Shown: positions 1-8,881 of the stretch, piece after piece
Layout: the number at the start of each line of letters is the position of its first letter
Numbering within the stretch: position 1 is the first letter of the stretch
NCBI GenBank assembly: GCA_041657425.1
Contig: JBBABY010000007.1
Span: 34,328-66,327 of the forward strand
DNA: 32,000 nt
Direction of reading: 5' to 3'
From: an archaeon
Lineage (GTDB): Archaea; Iainarchaeota; Iainarchaeia; Iainarchaeales; CSSED10-239
Translations under genes and position numbers: made by a program
The notes under the pieces: model-generated
Told to the model about the DNA's origin: nothing
The model's database searches: none
The model's input: the letters and a program-made list of their open reading frames with translations, nothing else

Positions 1-435
1 ATTACAGAACAATTCGGTGCAGTTTTTATTATAGGAATTGGTGCAAATCTTTTGAACGGTAAACCACACGATATTAGGGCAACAGACTATGATGATTGGT
101 CAACTTTGGAGAAAGGTAAATCTGGACTTAATGGAGACATTCTTGTTTGGGATAAAGTTAGTGATAAATCACTGGAATTATCATCTATGGGAATAAGAGT
201 TGATAAAGATTCTTTGTTATTTCAACTAAAAGAAAAAGAAGAAACACACAAATTAAAATTGGATTATCATAAAAAGATAATCTCAAGTAAAATCCCACTT
301 TCAATTGGTGGAGGAATTGGACAATCGAGGCTTTGTATGTTTCTTTTAGAGAAAGCACATATTGGAGAAGTACAATCTAGTGTTTGGCCAAAAACCGAAA
401 TAAAAAAATTAAAAAATAAATATTATATTTTATAA
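1..435 (+). CDS. asnA: Aspartate--ammonia ligase (asparagine synthetase A), C-terminal part; 5' end lies outside the window
   Basis: Frame 1 is open from base 1 ([20 protein letters not shown]) into listed ORF 52..435. Translation carries the AsnA C-terminal blocks [29 protein letters not shown] and [23 protein letters not shown], matching E. coli-type AsnA from memory. Confidence 0.85.
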   Translation: MTEQFGAVFIIGIGANLLNGKPHDIRATDYDDWSTLEKGKSGLNGDILVWDKVSDKSLELSSMGIRVDKDSLLFQLKEKEETHKLKLDYHKKIISSKIPLSIGGGIGQSRLCMFLLEKAHIGEVQSSVWPKTEIKKLKNKYYIL

Positions 436-501
436 TTGAGTTTCATTTTTAAAGTTATTGATTTACAATATAATTATAAAATAAAAATAAGGTGATTATA
501 A

Positions 502-957
502 ATGGCATTAATAAAACCAACAGTAAAAAGACTAGCAAAAAGAATAATTACAGAAAAACGATTTCAAACAGGTGTGAAATATTTAGAAAATAATAAAGGA
601 ACAGTAATTCCTGCAAATAAAAAACCACTTGTTCAAAAAACAATAACTGAATTACAAAGAAAATATGGAATTCTTGAGAAAAAAGCAAATATTTTAAAAA
701 CAAAAATAAATAAATTAGATCTAGATAAAGACATAATTAGTGAAATTAATGAAAGTAGAAAAGCGGATGTTTTGCTTATTAAAAAAAGAATTAAAAGGCA
801 TATGTTTGAAAGTGTAAAGGACAGATTAGAAGAAGGGTTTTCTCCTGCAGAAATACTTGCTGCAGGGTATAGCCCACAAGAACTTGCACTTGGTTATTTT
901 AGATATGAACAAGCAAATAAAGCAAATGTGAAAAAACCAAACTATAAGAATTTATGA
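502..957 (+). CDS. Hypothetical lysine-rich protein (151 aa)
   Basis: Long ORF in a coding-dense region. GGTGA RBS-like motif sits about 7 nt upstream of the ATG. Stop overlaps the next start (ATGA at 954..957). No recognisable family. Confidence 0.5.
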   Translation: MALIKPTVKRLAKRIITEKRFQTGVKYLENNKGTVIPANKKPLVQKTITELQRKYGILEKKANILKTKINKLDLDKDIISEINESRKADVLLIKKRIKRHMFESVKDRLEEGFSPAEILAAGYSPQELALGYFRYEQANKANVKKPNYKNL

Positions 958-1277
958 ACAAAGCAATCTGTTATGCAAACTTGACTTTATGTCACAAAAA
1001 ACACCCCTTACAGTTTACTGTTGGTATTGGTTTTCAAGGAAAACTAATTAATGGTAGAGTTAAAGGGGTGGACCTAAATAAAGAAAGAGAATCACTTGAG
1101 AAATTTAATCAAACAATAAGAGATGAGGAACTTTTTGTTTTAATTAAAGATTATAAAGGAATGGAATCTCTTGCTCAATTTTATTTTAAAGAATTTAAAA
1201 ATAAAAAAATAGATTTTGTAGTAATTAAAGAAAATAACACTGAAGAAGTATTGATTGAAAGAAAAGAATTAAAGTAA
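954..1277 (+). CDS. Hypothetical protein (107 aa)
   Basis: ORF translationally coupled to the upstream ORF by a 4-bp ATGA overlap. No recognisable motifs. Confidence 0.45.
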   Translation: MNKAICYANLTLCHKKHPLQFTVGIGFQGKLINGRVKGVDLNKERESLEKFNQTIRDEELFVLIKDYKGMESLAQFYFKEFKNKKIDFVVIKENNTEEVLIERKELK

Positions 1278-1288
1278 CTTTTTATTTA

Positions 1289-2272
1289 TTACTTTATGTC
1301 TATTGGAAATAAATTATACTTGAACTCTTTGTGATAATTGATGGTTTCATAATTTTTAATTATATCTGAGAACTTACTTCTAATATCATTTAAAAATTTC
1401 ATATATCTCTCTTCATCTTCAATGTATACATCTATCTCAATATCGTCTCCGCCAATTAAGTGTGTAGCGGACCATATATTTTCTTGATATTGACAATAAC
1501 CAAGAAGATCATTATATCTCTTAAGATTGAAATCTTTGTAATTCATATGTAGTTTAAAATAATTATAGCCTATCTTGTTAATATCAATTCCAATATTGTA
1601 AGCTAAGATAATCTTTTTCCTCTCAAAATCTTTTATTCTTGAAAGAACTGTAGTTTCTGAAAGATTGACTTCTTTGGCAATATCGATAATCCTTGCTCTT
1701 GAGTTCTTAGCAAGTATTGACAGTATTTTAAAATCTGTTTTATCTAGTTTAATGTTTTGATCTTCAAAATTTTTCTTATAGTAATTATAAACTGGTATTT
1801 CAGTTAGATATTTAGGCAAAATAAAAGCTTTAGGATAAATATAGTACCAATCAGTTATTGTTGTTGATTTATTTTCTATGTGTTCTCCAAACTTAATATA
1901 AAATTGTCCCCAAAAGGTAGTAAATTCATAAATATCTCTACACCAAAAAATGAAATTAATATCCCACCTCCCAATAATTGTCACTCCCCAACCAACTTGC
2001 GAAGTTTTTTTAAGATAATTAATTATCTCTTCTTCTTTAGTTTTATCTAGGTTACATAATCTTAAGAAAGTTCTAAAAGCAATAACTCCAAGTCTTGAGT
2101 AATCAATAATACAGGTGAAATTTGTAATTATTCCTTCTTGTACTAATTTAGTTATTCTATAATTTACTACTTCTTTACTTAAGTTTACTTTCTTAGCTAT
2201 AATTGAATAGCTTTGTCTTGAGTTTAAGTCTAATTCTAGTAATATCTTTTTGTCTTTCAAATCTATATCCAT
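1289..2272 (-). CDS. Lrp/AsnC-family transcriptional regulator with two tandem full-length HTH plus ligand-domain modules
   Basis: Two copies of the Lrp/AsnC N-terminal HTH pattern: DLKDKKILLELDLNSRQSYSIIAKKVNLSKEVVNYRITKLVQEGII and LDKTDFKILSILAKNSRARIIDIAKEVNLSETTVLSRIKDFERKKII. Each is followed by about 90 aa of alpha/beta sequence. At 327 aa it is about twice the usual Lrp length. Confidence 0.75.
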   Translation of the reverse strand: MDIDLKDKKILLELDLNSRQSYSIIAKKVNLSKEVVNYRITKLVQEGIITNFTCIIDYSRLGVIAFRTFLRLCNLDKTKEEEIINYLKKTSQVGWGVTIIGRWDINFIFWCRDIYEFTTFWGQFYIKFGEHIENKSTTITDWYYIYPKAFILPKYLTEIPVYNYYKKNFEDQNIKLDKTDFKILSILAKNSRARIIDIAKEVNLSETTVLSRIKDFERKKIILAYNIGIDINKIGYNYFKLHMNYKDFNLKRYNDLLGYCQYQENIWSATHLIGGDDIEIDVYIEDEERYMKFLNDIRSKFSDIIKNYETINYHKEFKYNLFPIDIK

Positions 2273-2406
2273 ATTTTATCATATGATTAAAAGTATTTAA
2301 AAATATAGTGTTTTGATAAAAATTAATAAAATTACTTTTATTAATACTAAAAAATATAAGTTACTTATTAATGAAATAACTTAATTAAATGAAAAGGAGC
2401 GATTTT

Positions 2407-3528
2407 ATGAAAACTAAAAATAAATTGTTAGTTGTTTTAATGGCTTTAGTTGTTGTAGTTTTAATTGGATTTTTAATAACAATTAATTCAGGAACAACTG
2501 GTTTATTTTCTTTAAATAAAAAAGAATACATAGAAGTTGGTTATATTTCTGCACTTTCTGGAGATGCGGGAATTTGGGGTCAATCTTTAAAGAAAGGTTT
2601 TGATTTTGCTGTAGAGGAAATTAATTCAAAAGGAGGAATTAATGGAAAATTAATAAAACCAGTTTTTGAAGACGATATGTGTGATCCTAAAACTGGAATA
2701 AATGCTTATACAAAAATTATAGAAGCAGATAATGTAAAAATAATTACAGGAACAGTTTGTTCATCAGTTGCTTTGTCAGTTGCTCCTATTACTCAAGAGA
2801 ATAGGGTGCTTTACTTAGCATCAGGAGCAACCCACCCAGACGTTACTAAACAAGGAGATTTAATATTTAGAGTGTGGGTTTCAGATGCTTATGAAGCAAG
2901 AGCAGTAACTGAGTATGCAATTAATAACTTAGGAGTAAACAGTTTTGGAATAATATATATGAACGACACTCCTTCAGGAGTTTCTGTTAAAGATACAATT
3001 GAAAAAGTAGTTGCCGAGAATAACAAAACAATAACAATAGAAGAAGGATTTTTGTCAGACACTAAAGACTTCAAAAGTATTGCAACAAAAGTAATTGCCA
3101 ACAATCCAGAAGCAATATACATTATGAGCACGCCAGAGAATATGCCATTAATAATAAATGAATTAAAAACATTGAACTACAATGGAAAAATATTTGTTTA
3201 TGGCCCATCAATATTGTCTGAAGGAACATTAGCAAAAATAAATGATAAGACAAACATCTATTACCCTTTGCCAATAACAAAACAAGAAACCGATTTTTGG
3301 AGCAATTATAAACAAAAGACCGGAACAGAGGCAGATATTATTGTTGCCGGTGGTTATGATTCAATGATCTTAATAGCAGACGGATTAAAAGAATGTGGAG
3401 AAGATAATGATTGTATAAGAAACTATTGGTTATCATTAGAAGACTATAAAACAACAAGAGGAGACGTTTCTTTTGATAAAGAAAGAGAAATAACTGGAGT
3501 GGAATATGAAATAAAAGAACTTAATTAA
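2407..3528 (+). CDS. Periplasmic-binding-protein type I solute-binding protein (LivK / branched-chain amino acid-binding-like), membrane-anchored
   Basis: N-terminal hydrophobic anchor LLVVLMALVVVVLIGFLI. Block GYISALSGDAGIWGQSLKKGFDFAVEEINSKGGINGK...EDDMCDP is typical of the Leu/Ile/Val-binding family. ATG 2407 is preferred over listed 2389 because GGAG at 2396..2399 lies 7 nt upstream. Confidence 0.8.
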   Translation: MKTKNKLLVVLMALVVVVLIGFLITINSGTTGLFSLNKKEYIEVGYISALSGDAGIWGQSLKKGFDFAVEEINSKGGINGKLIKPVFEDDMCDPKTGINAYTKIIEADNVKIITGTVCSSVALSVAPITQENRVLYLASGATHPDVTKQGDLIFRVWVSDAYEARAVTEYAINNLGVNSFGIIYMNDTPSGVSVKDTIEKVVAENNKTITIEEGFLSDTKDFKSIATKVIANNPEAIYIMSTPENMPLIINELKTLNYNGKIFVYGPSILSEGTLAKINDKTNIYYPLPITKQETDFWSNYKQKTGTEADIIVAGGYDSMILIADGLKECGEDNDCIRNYWLSLEDYKTTRGDVSFDKEREITGVEYEIKELN

Positions 3529-3539
3529 AAGTTATTTAT

Positions 3540-4985
3540 TTACTCATAATGCCAAGTAGTTCCTGTTGTTGAATCACTTAAGATAACTCCTTTCTTTTCA
3601 AGTGTGAGTCGAACATTATCTGCTTCTTCCCATTTCTTTAATTTTCTAAATTCATTTCTTTTGTTTATTTGTTCTTCAATTTCTGGCTTTTGAATTTTTT
3701 GTTTTCCTTTTGGAACAGTTTCTTCAAAATTAAAGATTTTAAAAACAAGATTTACTTTTTGTAAAAAATCAAGTATTACGTTTGCTTCTTCTTTTGATAA
3801 TTGATTAAGATCCATTAATCTATTTGTTTCTTTAACTAAAAACCAAATATTAGCCCATGCAGAAGGTGTGTTAAGGTCATCATTCATTGCATTTTTAAAA
3901 TTCTCAATTGTATTATCAATTATTTCTTTTCCGTAATGTGTATCTTTTTCAATTGCAACTTGTTGTAGTCTTTTAATATATTTATTTAATCTATCAATTG
4001 CAATTTCAGAATCCTCAATTGCTTTTTCTGTATAGTTTTGTGGTTTTCTATAATGTCCAGTACTGAAAAGATATCTTAAAGATTCTGCAGAATGATTTTT
4101 CAAAAAATTTTCAATAGTAATGAAATTTCCAAGAGATTTTCCCATTTTTTTTCCATCTACCATTAATAAGGCAGTATGTACCCAGTAATTAACAACATCT
4201 TTGCCAAAGTATCCATAATTTTGAGCAATTTCATTTTGATGATGTGGGAAAAGATGTTCAATTCCTCCGCCGTGCATATCAAATTTTTCTCCTAGATATT
4301 TTGTACCCATAACAGAACACTCTAAATGCCAACCTGGATATCCTTCTCCCCAAGGAGATGGCCATTTAAGTATGTGCTCTGGTTTTGCTTTAATCCATAA
4401 TGCGAAGTCTCCTGAGTTCTTTTTTTGTGGATCATTCTCAAATCTTGTATTCTTTTCAAGTTCTTCAATATTTCTATTTGCAAATTTTCCATAATCTTTA
4501 AATTTAGAAATATCATAATAAACATTTCCATTTACTTCGTATGCAAAACCATTTGCTAAAAGTTTTTTTATCCACTCTTGCATTTCTGGAATGTGTGCAG
4601 AAGCTGTTGGTTCTAGATTTGGTCTTGAAAGTTTGAGGTCATCAAAATACTTCCACATTCTGTGACTATATTTGTAAACTAATTCCATTGGGTGCATTTT
4701 TCTTTCAGTTGCTCTTTTCTCAATCTTATCTTCTCCAGAATCAGTTAGTCCATCATCAGTTAAATGACCAACATCAGTTATATTTCTAACATAAAGTATA
4801 TCAGAGTCTAAAAAATATTTAAAATAATTAATTAATATATCATAATAAATATATGAAAAAGCATGACCTAGATGTACGTCATCATAAATAGTTACTCCAC
4901 AAACATAAATCTTCAAATGGTTTGGAGTTATTGATTTAAAAGATTCTTTCTTTTTAGTTGCAGTGTTATAAATTTTAATACTCAT
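3540..4985 (-). CDS. cysS: Cysteine--tRNA ligase
   Basis: Class I aaRS HIGH-type motif (HLGHAFSY), KMSKS-type motif (KMGKSLGN), WPSPWGEGYPGWHLEC block and 481 aa length. Confidence 0.95.
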   Translation of the reverse strand: MSIKIYNTATKKKESFKSITPNHLKIYVCGVTIYDDVHLGHAFSYIYYDILINYFKYFLDSDILYVRNITDVGHLTDDGLTDSGEDKIEKRATERKMHPMELVYKYSHRMWKYFDDLKLSRPNLEPTASAHIPEMQEWIKKLLANGFAYEVNGNVYYDISKFKDYGKFANRNIEELEKNTRFENDPQKKNSGDFALWIKAKPEHILKWPSPWGEGYPGWHLECSVMGTKYLGEKFDMHGGGIEHLFPHHQNEIAQNYGYFGKDVVNYWVHTALLMVDGKKMGKSLGNFITIENFLKNHSAESLRYLFSTGHYRKPQNYTEKAIEDSEIAIDRLNKYIKRLQQVAIEKDTHYGKEIIDNTIENFKNAMNDDLNTPSAWANIWFLVKETNRLMDLNQLSKEEANVILDFLQKVNLVFKIFNFEETVPKGKQKIQKPEIEEQINKRNEFRKLKKWEEADNVRLTLEKKGVILSDSTTGTTWHYE

Positions 4986-5056
4986 AGATAATTCACATAT
5001 TAATATAGAAATTAGATAATATAGTTATTAAAAATATATCTTAATTATATATATTT

Positions 5057-6067
5057 ATGGTAAAGAATAAAATTTGTCTTGGAATTGAAAGTACAGCTCA
5101 CACGTTTGGTGTAGGGATAATTGATTCCAAGGGAAAGATTTTAGCTAATTGTAAAAAACAATATGTAGTTACAGATAAAGCAGAAGGACTTAAACCTTTT
5201 GATGTTTCAATACATCACTATAATTGTGCAGTTGATGTTGTTAAAGAAGCTTTAGTTGTTGCAAAATTAAAGATGAAGGATATAGATGTTATTTCTTTCT
5301 CAAAAGGTCCTGGACTTTCGCCATGTCTTGCAGTTTCGGCAACTGTTGCTAGATGCTTGTCTGATAAATACAATAAACCAATAATTGGAGTTAATCATTG
5401 CGTGAGTCACATAGAAATTGGAAAAACAATCCTTAAGTGTAAAGACCCATTAGTGATTTACACTTCTGGAGCAAACACACAAATTATTGCTAAAGATAAA
5501 GGATACTATAAAATACTTGGAGAAACACTTGACATTGGGATTGGAAATTTATTTGATTCATTTGCAAGAGATATTGGTTATGGTTTTCCAGGCGGGCCAG
5601 TTTTGGATAAAGCATATATGGAAAACAAAAATAGACGCTATATTGAACTTCCATATTCTGTTAAAGGAATGGACTTAGCATTTTCTGGTCTTCAAACTGC
5701 AGCAAAAAGAAAGATTGCTACAGAAAAAAAAGAAGATCTTATTTATTCATTTATGCATACGGCTTATGCAATGCTTCTTGAGGTAACAGACAGAGCATTA
5801 TCGTACACCAAGAAAAAAGAAGTAATTGTTATTGGCGGAGTTGCTGCAAGTAGGGCCTTAGGAGAAATGCTTGAAAAATTATGTAAGCAAAATAAAGTAA
5901 AATTGTACATTCCTCCTGCAATTGTTTGTCTTGACAATGGTTTATTGATTGCAGATCTTGGTATTAAGCATTATATTCACACATATAAAGGCAAAGGCGG
6001 AATGAAACTAGAAGAAACAATAATCAACCCCAAGTTTAGAACAGATCAAGTGAAAATAGATTGGTGA
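5057..6067 (+). CDS. kae1: tRNA N6-adenosine threonylcarbamoyltransferase Kae1 (stand-alone, not fused to Bud32)
   Basis: GIESTAHTFGVGII N-terminus, metal-binding NHCVSHIE motif, GGVAAS block. 336 aa ending at TGA. Confidence 0.93.
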   Translation: MVKNKICLGIESTAHTFGVGIIDSKGKILANCKKQYVVTDKAEGLKPFDVSIHHYNCAVDVVKEALVVAKLKMKDIDVISFSKGPGLSPCLAVSATVARCLSDKYNKPIIGVNHCVSHIEIGKTILKCKDPLVIYTSGANTQIIAKDKGYYKILGETLDIGIGNLFDSFARDIGYGFPGGPVLDKAYMENKNRRYIELPYSVKGMDLAFSGLQTAAKRKIATEKKEDLIYSFMHTAYAMLLEVTDRALSYTKKKEVIVIGGVAASRALGEMLEKLCKQNKVKLYIPPAIVCLDNGLLIADLGIKHYIHTYKGKGGMKLEETIINPKFRTDQVKIDW

Positions 6068-6074
6068 AAATGAA

Positions 6075-7103
6075 ATGGAATCAGAGGATTTAATATTTGA
6101 TTTAATATATGATGCTCTTAAAACAAAAGATAGAAGGAAAAAGATATTATTTAAAGATAGAGAACATAATATATCAGAATACGAATTAGAATCTATTAAA
6201 AAATATTTACTAACAATTTCACCAAATTATTCTAAAAAATTTTATTCTATCGTTAAGGAATTTAATGCAAATCAATTGGCTGTATTATTAGAGACAATAA
6301 GAAGTTTTAGAAAACAAGAAAGGCCCGCAAATCAATTGATTAGGGAGATAAAAGATATACACAAGGGAATATTTCCAAGGCATATAAGTTATAAAACAGA
6401 ATATACTTCTGGTTGTTTAGAAACATATTCTGGTTTTATTAGAGCACTAAATTCAGGAACATTGTATACTGCAAAAGTTAAGATAAATGGAGAATTAAAA
6501 AGAGTTTTTATAAAAACACCAATTGGGCACGTATATAAAAATAGCTCTAATAACCAAGGATTTTTATCATTTGCAATAGATCCAGAAACAATGAATGTTT
6601 ATTCTTATAGATTTAACGAAAAAGGGAAAATACATAATGGTTCTTTAGAAGAAGTTTATAATTTTAAAGAATATGAAACACAAATGGTCGAACAATATTC
6701 TGATGAATCAAAGACGAATTTTAAACAAAATTATCTGGATTTCAGAAAAGAACTTCTTGATAGAATTGATGCAGTTTATGGAATTGAAAGGGTAGTAGAT
6801 ACCTTTTTAAGAATGGGTGGAAAGGTTGATCCCGAAAAATATTCTAATCCAGAATTTAGAGAAGAAATGATAAATTATCTTGAAGAAAAGTTTGGAACTG
6901 ATAAACTTCTTAATTGGGTTTCAAAAATTAAAGATTCAAAAAAGGCAGCAGAAGTAAAACTTGAGATTTTAAAAATTCTTTCTATGAAATTTAGACCAGA
7001 ATTTAGGAAAGCATATAACTCTGAAAATAAAATTGCTGCAAAAGAATATATCAATAGTTTTTCTAAAAGAAAGATTATTATTAAACCAAGAAAACCTCTA
7101 TAA
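6075..7103 (+). CDS. Hypothetical protein (342 aa)
   Basis: Long ORF starting 8 nt after the kae1 stop. No kinase or other recognisable motifs. Confidence 0.5.
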   Translation: MESEDLIFDLIYDALKTKDRRKKILFKDREHNISEYELESIKKYLLTISPNYSKKFYSIVKEFNANQLAVLLETIRSFRKQERPANQLIREIKDIHKGIFPRHISYKTEYTSGCLETYSGFIRALNSGTLYTAKVKINGELKRVFIKTPIGHVYKNSSNNQGFLSFAIDPETMNVYSYRFNEKGKIHNGSLEEVYNFKEYETQMVEQYSDESKTNFKQNYLDFRKELLDRIDAVYGIERVVDTFLRMGGKVDPEKYSNPEFREEMINYLEEKFGTDKLLNWVSKIKDSKKAAEVKLEILKILSMKFRPEFRKAYNSENKIAAKEYINSFSKRKIIIKPRKPL

Positions 7104-7189
7104 AGAAATCTCTTTTTAAACTTATTTGTCTTATTTTTATTAGAGATAAATATATTTTAAAGAATATTAAAAATGAGGAGTGAAAAAGA

Positions 7190-7540
7190 ATGAAAGCAAA
7201 ATTTCATATGGTGAAAAAAGTAGTAGATATGGAAAATCCAAAAAAGAATTCTAAAGAAGAAAAAGATATAGTTGTTTCAATTGATGAACAGTTTGAATTA
7301 GAGGGTGGAATTTATGTATTTAAATTACTTGCAGCTAGATCAAATGGCGCACAAGTAGAATATGATAGACATTTTCTTGTAAAGGAAGAACACAAAGGTT
7401 ACGAGTTTAATACATTGTTTTATATGGGCGAACCAAAACAAATAACATCAATGTGGGGAAAGAACCAAATCACCTACACAATGACATATCAAGGAACAGT
7501 TTTAGACGGTTCTCCAGAAAGTACAGAAAGATTCGAATAG
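7190..7540 (+). CDS. Hypothetical protein (116 aa)
   Basis: ORF preceded by GAGGAGTGA RBS-like sequence. No family recognised. Confidence 0.45.
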   Translation: MKAKFHMVKKVVDMENPKKNSKEEKDIVVSIDEQFELEGGIYVFKLLAARSNGAQVEYDRHFLVKEEHKGYEFNTLFYMGEPKQITSMWGKNQITYTMTYQGTVLDGSPESTERFE

Positions 7541-7594
7541 AAGAGTAAAAACAATTTTACTCTTTTCTCTAGTTTTAATAATAAAGGAAAAAAA

Positions 7595-7942
7595 ATGTAT
7601 AAACAAGTTATTATTTTTAGAAACGATTTAAAACTTGGTAAAGGAAAGATTGCTGGTCAAGTAGGCCATGCAGCAGTTGAATCTTATATTCTAACTTCTA
7701 AGAAAGACCCTAATGCCACAGAATATTGGTTAAGAGAAGGTCAAAAGAAAGTTGTTCTAAAGATTGATTCCAAAAAAGAACTACTTGAATTATATCAATC
7801 TATAAAAAATAAATTTCCTTGTGTGTTAATCAAAGACGCAGCATTAACTCAATTACCAGAACCAGACATCACTTGTCTTGGGATTGGCCCAATTAAGGAA
7901 ACAGAAATTGATCAATTTACAAGAAAATATAAGCTTTTGTAA
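7595..7942 (+). CDS. pth2: Peptidyl-tRNA hydrolase, archaeal/eukaryotic Pth2 type
   Basis: MYKQVIIFRNDLKLGKGKIAGQVGHAAV N-terminus and ITCLGIGP block are typical of Pth2. 115 aa. Confidence 0.9.
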   Translation: MYKQVIIFRNDLKLGKGKIAGQVGHAAVESYILTSKKDPNATEYWLREGQKKVVLKIDSKKELLELYQSIKNKFPCVLIKDAALTQLPEPDITCLGIGPIKETEIDQFTRKYKLL

Positions 7943-8075
7943 ATCTTCTATAGTTGTTAACTATTTCTTCAGAATTACAAAAAATTCAATAGGTAGTTTA
8001 TTATTGTTTAAAATCCTTTATTGTATATATAGATTCCAAAAAGAAAAGAATATAAATACTTATTCATATATATTA

Positions 8076-8091
8076 TTTACTAAATAGTAAA
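8076..8091. promoter_or_regulatory. Perfect 7-bp inverted repeat (TTTACTA-AA-TAGTAAA), candidate operator between a TATA-like box and the putative toxin-antitoxin operon
   Basis: Read directly. TATAAATA at 8051..8058 lies about 20 nt upstream and the first start codon (8095/8104) lies just downstream. Confidence 0.3.
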
Positions 8092-8103
8092 TAAGTGATA
8101 CAT

Positions 8104-8424
8104 ATGAATAAAGAAAAAACAAAGAAAATAATAAAAGAGAAAGTAACAAAAACAATTAAAGAGAAATACTCTCCAACATTAAATACAATCTTGATGGTAG
8201 AGAAAACATTACAGGAAATGCCAGATAGTGTGATTAAGATTTCAGAATTAAAAAGGTTATTACCAAAGCAAGTAAACCATAATACTCTAAAAAATATATT
8301 AGAATATTTACAAGAAAGCAATAAGATATTTATTGGAGTAAAAGGAATTGTTTGGATACACAACGATAGTCCTAAATTAAGAAAAGCAATACTAGATGCT
8401 GAAAGAGATGGGCGAATACTATGA
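8104..8424 (+). CDS. Small winged-helix-like protein, putative antitoxin/regulator
   Basis: ORF (GTG 8095 or ATG 8104) overlaps the downstream RelE-like ORF by ATGA. Segment ISELKRLLPKQVNHNTLKNILEYLQESNKIFIGVKGIVWI looks like a wHTH. Assignment is by context. Confidence 0.4.
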   Translation: MNKEKTKKIIKEKVTKTIKEKYSPTLNTILMVEKTLQEMPDSVIKISELKRLLPKQVNHNTLKNILEYLQESNKIFIGVKGIVWIHNDSPKLRKAILDAERDGRIL

Positions 8425-8774
8425 CAAAACAAGTAAAAATTCGTTATTCAGAAGAAGTAAAAATTGCATTAAATTATTTAATAAAAACAAAAGAAAAAAA
8501 TAAAGTTAATAAATCAATATACAATTCCTTTCTTAAAAAAATAGAATTGATTAAGGAAAATCCGGTGTGTGGAGACCACATCCCTAAGACCCAAATACCT
8601 AAAGAGTACATAACTAATTATGACATAAATAATCTATTTAGATTAGAGCTTGCAAATTATTGGAGGTGCCTATATTCTTTGACTGATAAAAAAGAAAACA
8701 AAATAGAAATTATTGCATTTGTAATTGACTTCTTAGATCACAATAAGTACAATAAGAAATTTAAATACAAATAA
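8421..8774 (+). CDS. RelE/ParE-superfamily-like toxin
   Basis: Pattern IKENPVCGDHIP....LFRLELANYWRCLYSL..KENKIEIIAFVIDFLDHNKY follows the RelE/ParE consensus (..nP..g..l....lyklrvgdyRliYei....i.il.i.hRk.vY). 117 aa, second gene of an overlapping pair. Confidence 0.5.
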   Translation: MTKQVKIRYSEEVKIALNYLIKTKEKNKVNKSIYNSFLKKIELIKENPVCGDHIPKTQIPKEYITNYDINNLFRLELANYWRCLYSLTDKKENKIEIIAFVIDFLDHNKYNKKFKYK

Positions 8775-8814
8775 CACTAATTCTTGGACACTTTGTGAGC
8801 CAACTTGCCGAAGG

Positions 8815-8830
8815 ATATATATATATATAT
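8815..8830. repeat. (AT)8 dinucleotide microsatellite
   Basis: Read directly: ggATATATATATATATATcgg in the intergenic region upstream of the 8882 gene. Confidence 0.9.
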
Positions 8831-8881
8831 CGGTTTTCTGTTTATTTATAAATTAATAATTAAAAATGGAGATGAGCTTAG

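Noticed and set aside
2889-5678. Short embedded ORFs (2889..3131 minus, 4322..4531 minus, 5487..5678 plus). Similar cases: 7878..8087, 9438..9677, 11813..12022, 18283..18618, 19913..20119, 20407..20668, 21461..21643, 22490..22711, 24011..24460, 27210..27576, 27932..28114, 29637..30008
   Set aside because: Each lies inside or antisense to a longer ORF with recognisable family motifs or better context. None has independent support.
6075-7103. Calling the ORF after kae1 as Bud32
   Set aside because: Position alone suggested it, but the translation lacks any glycine-rich loop, HxD catalytic loop or DFG motif.
8073-8432. 119-aa minus-strand ORF opposite the putative antitoxin gene
   Set aside because: The plus-strand ORF is translationally coupled (ATGA) to the RelE-like gene and has the upstream TATA box and palindrome. 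The minus-strand product is hydrophobic low-complexity shadow sequence.
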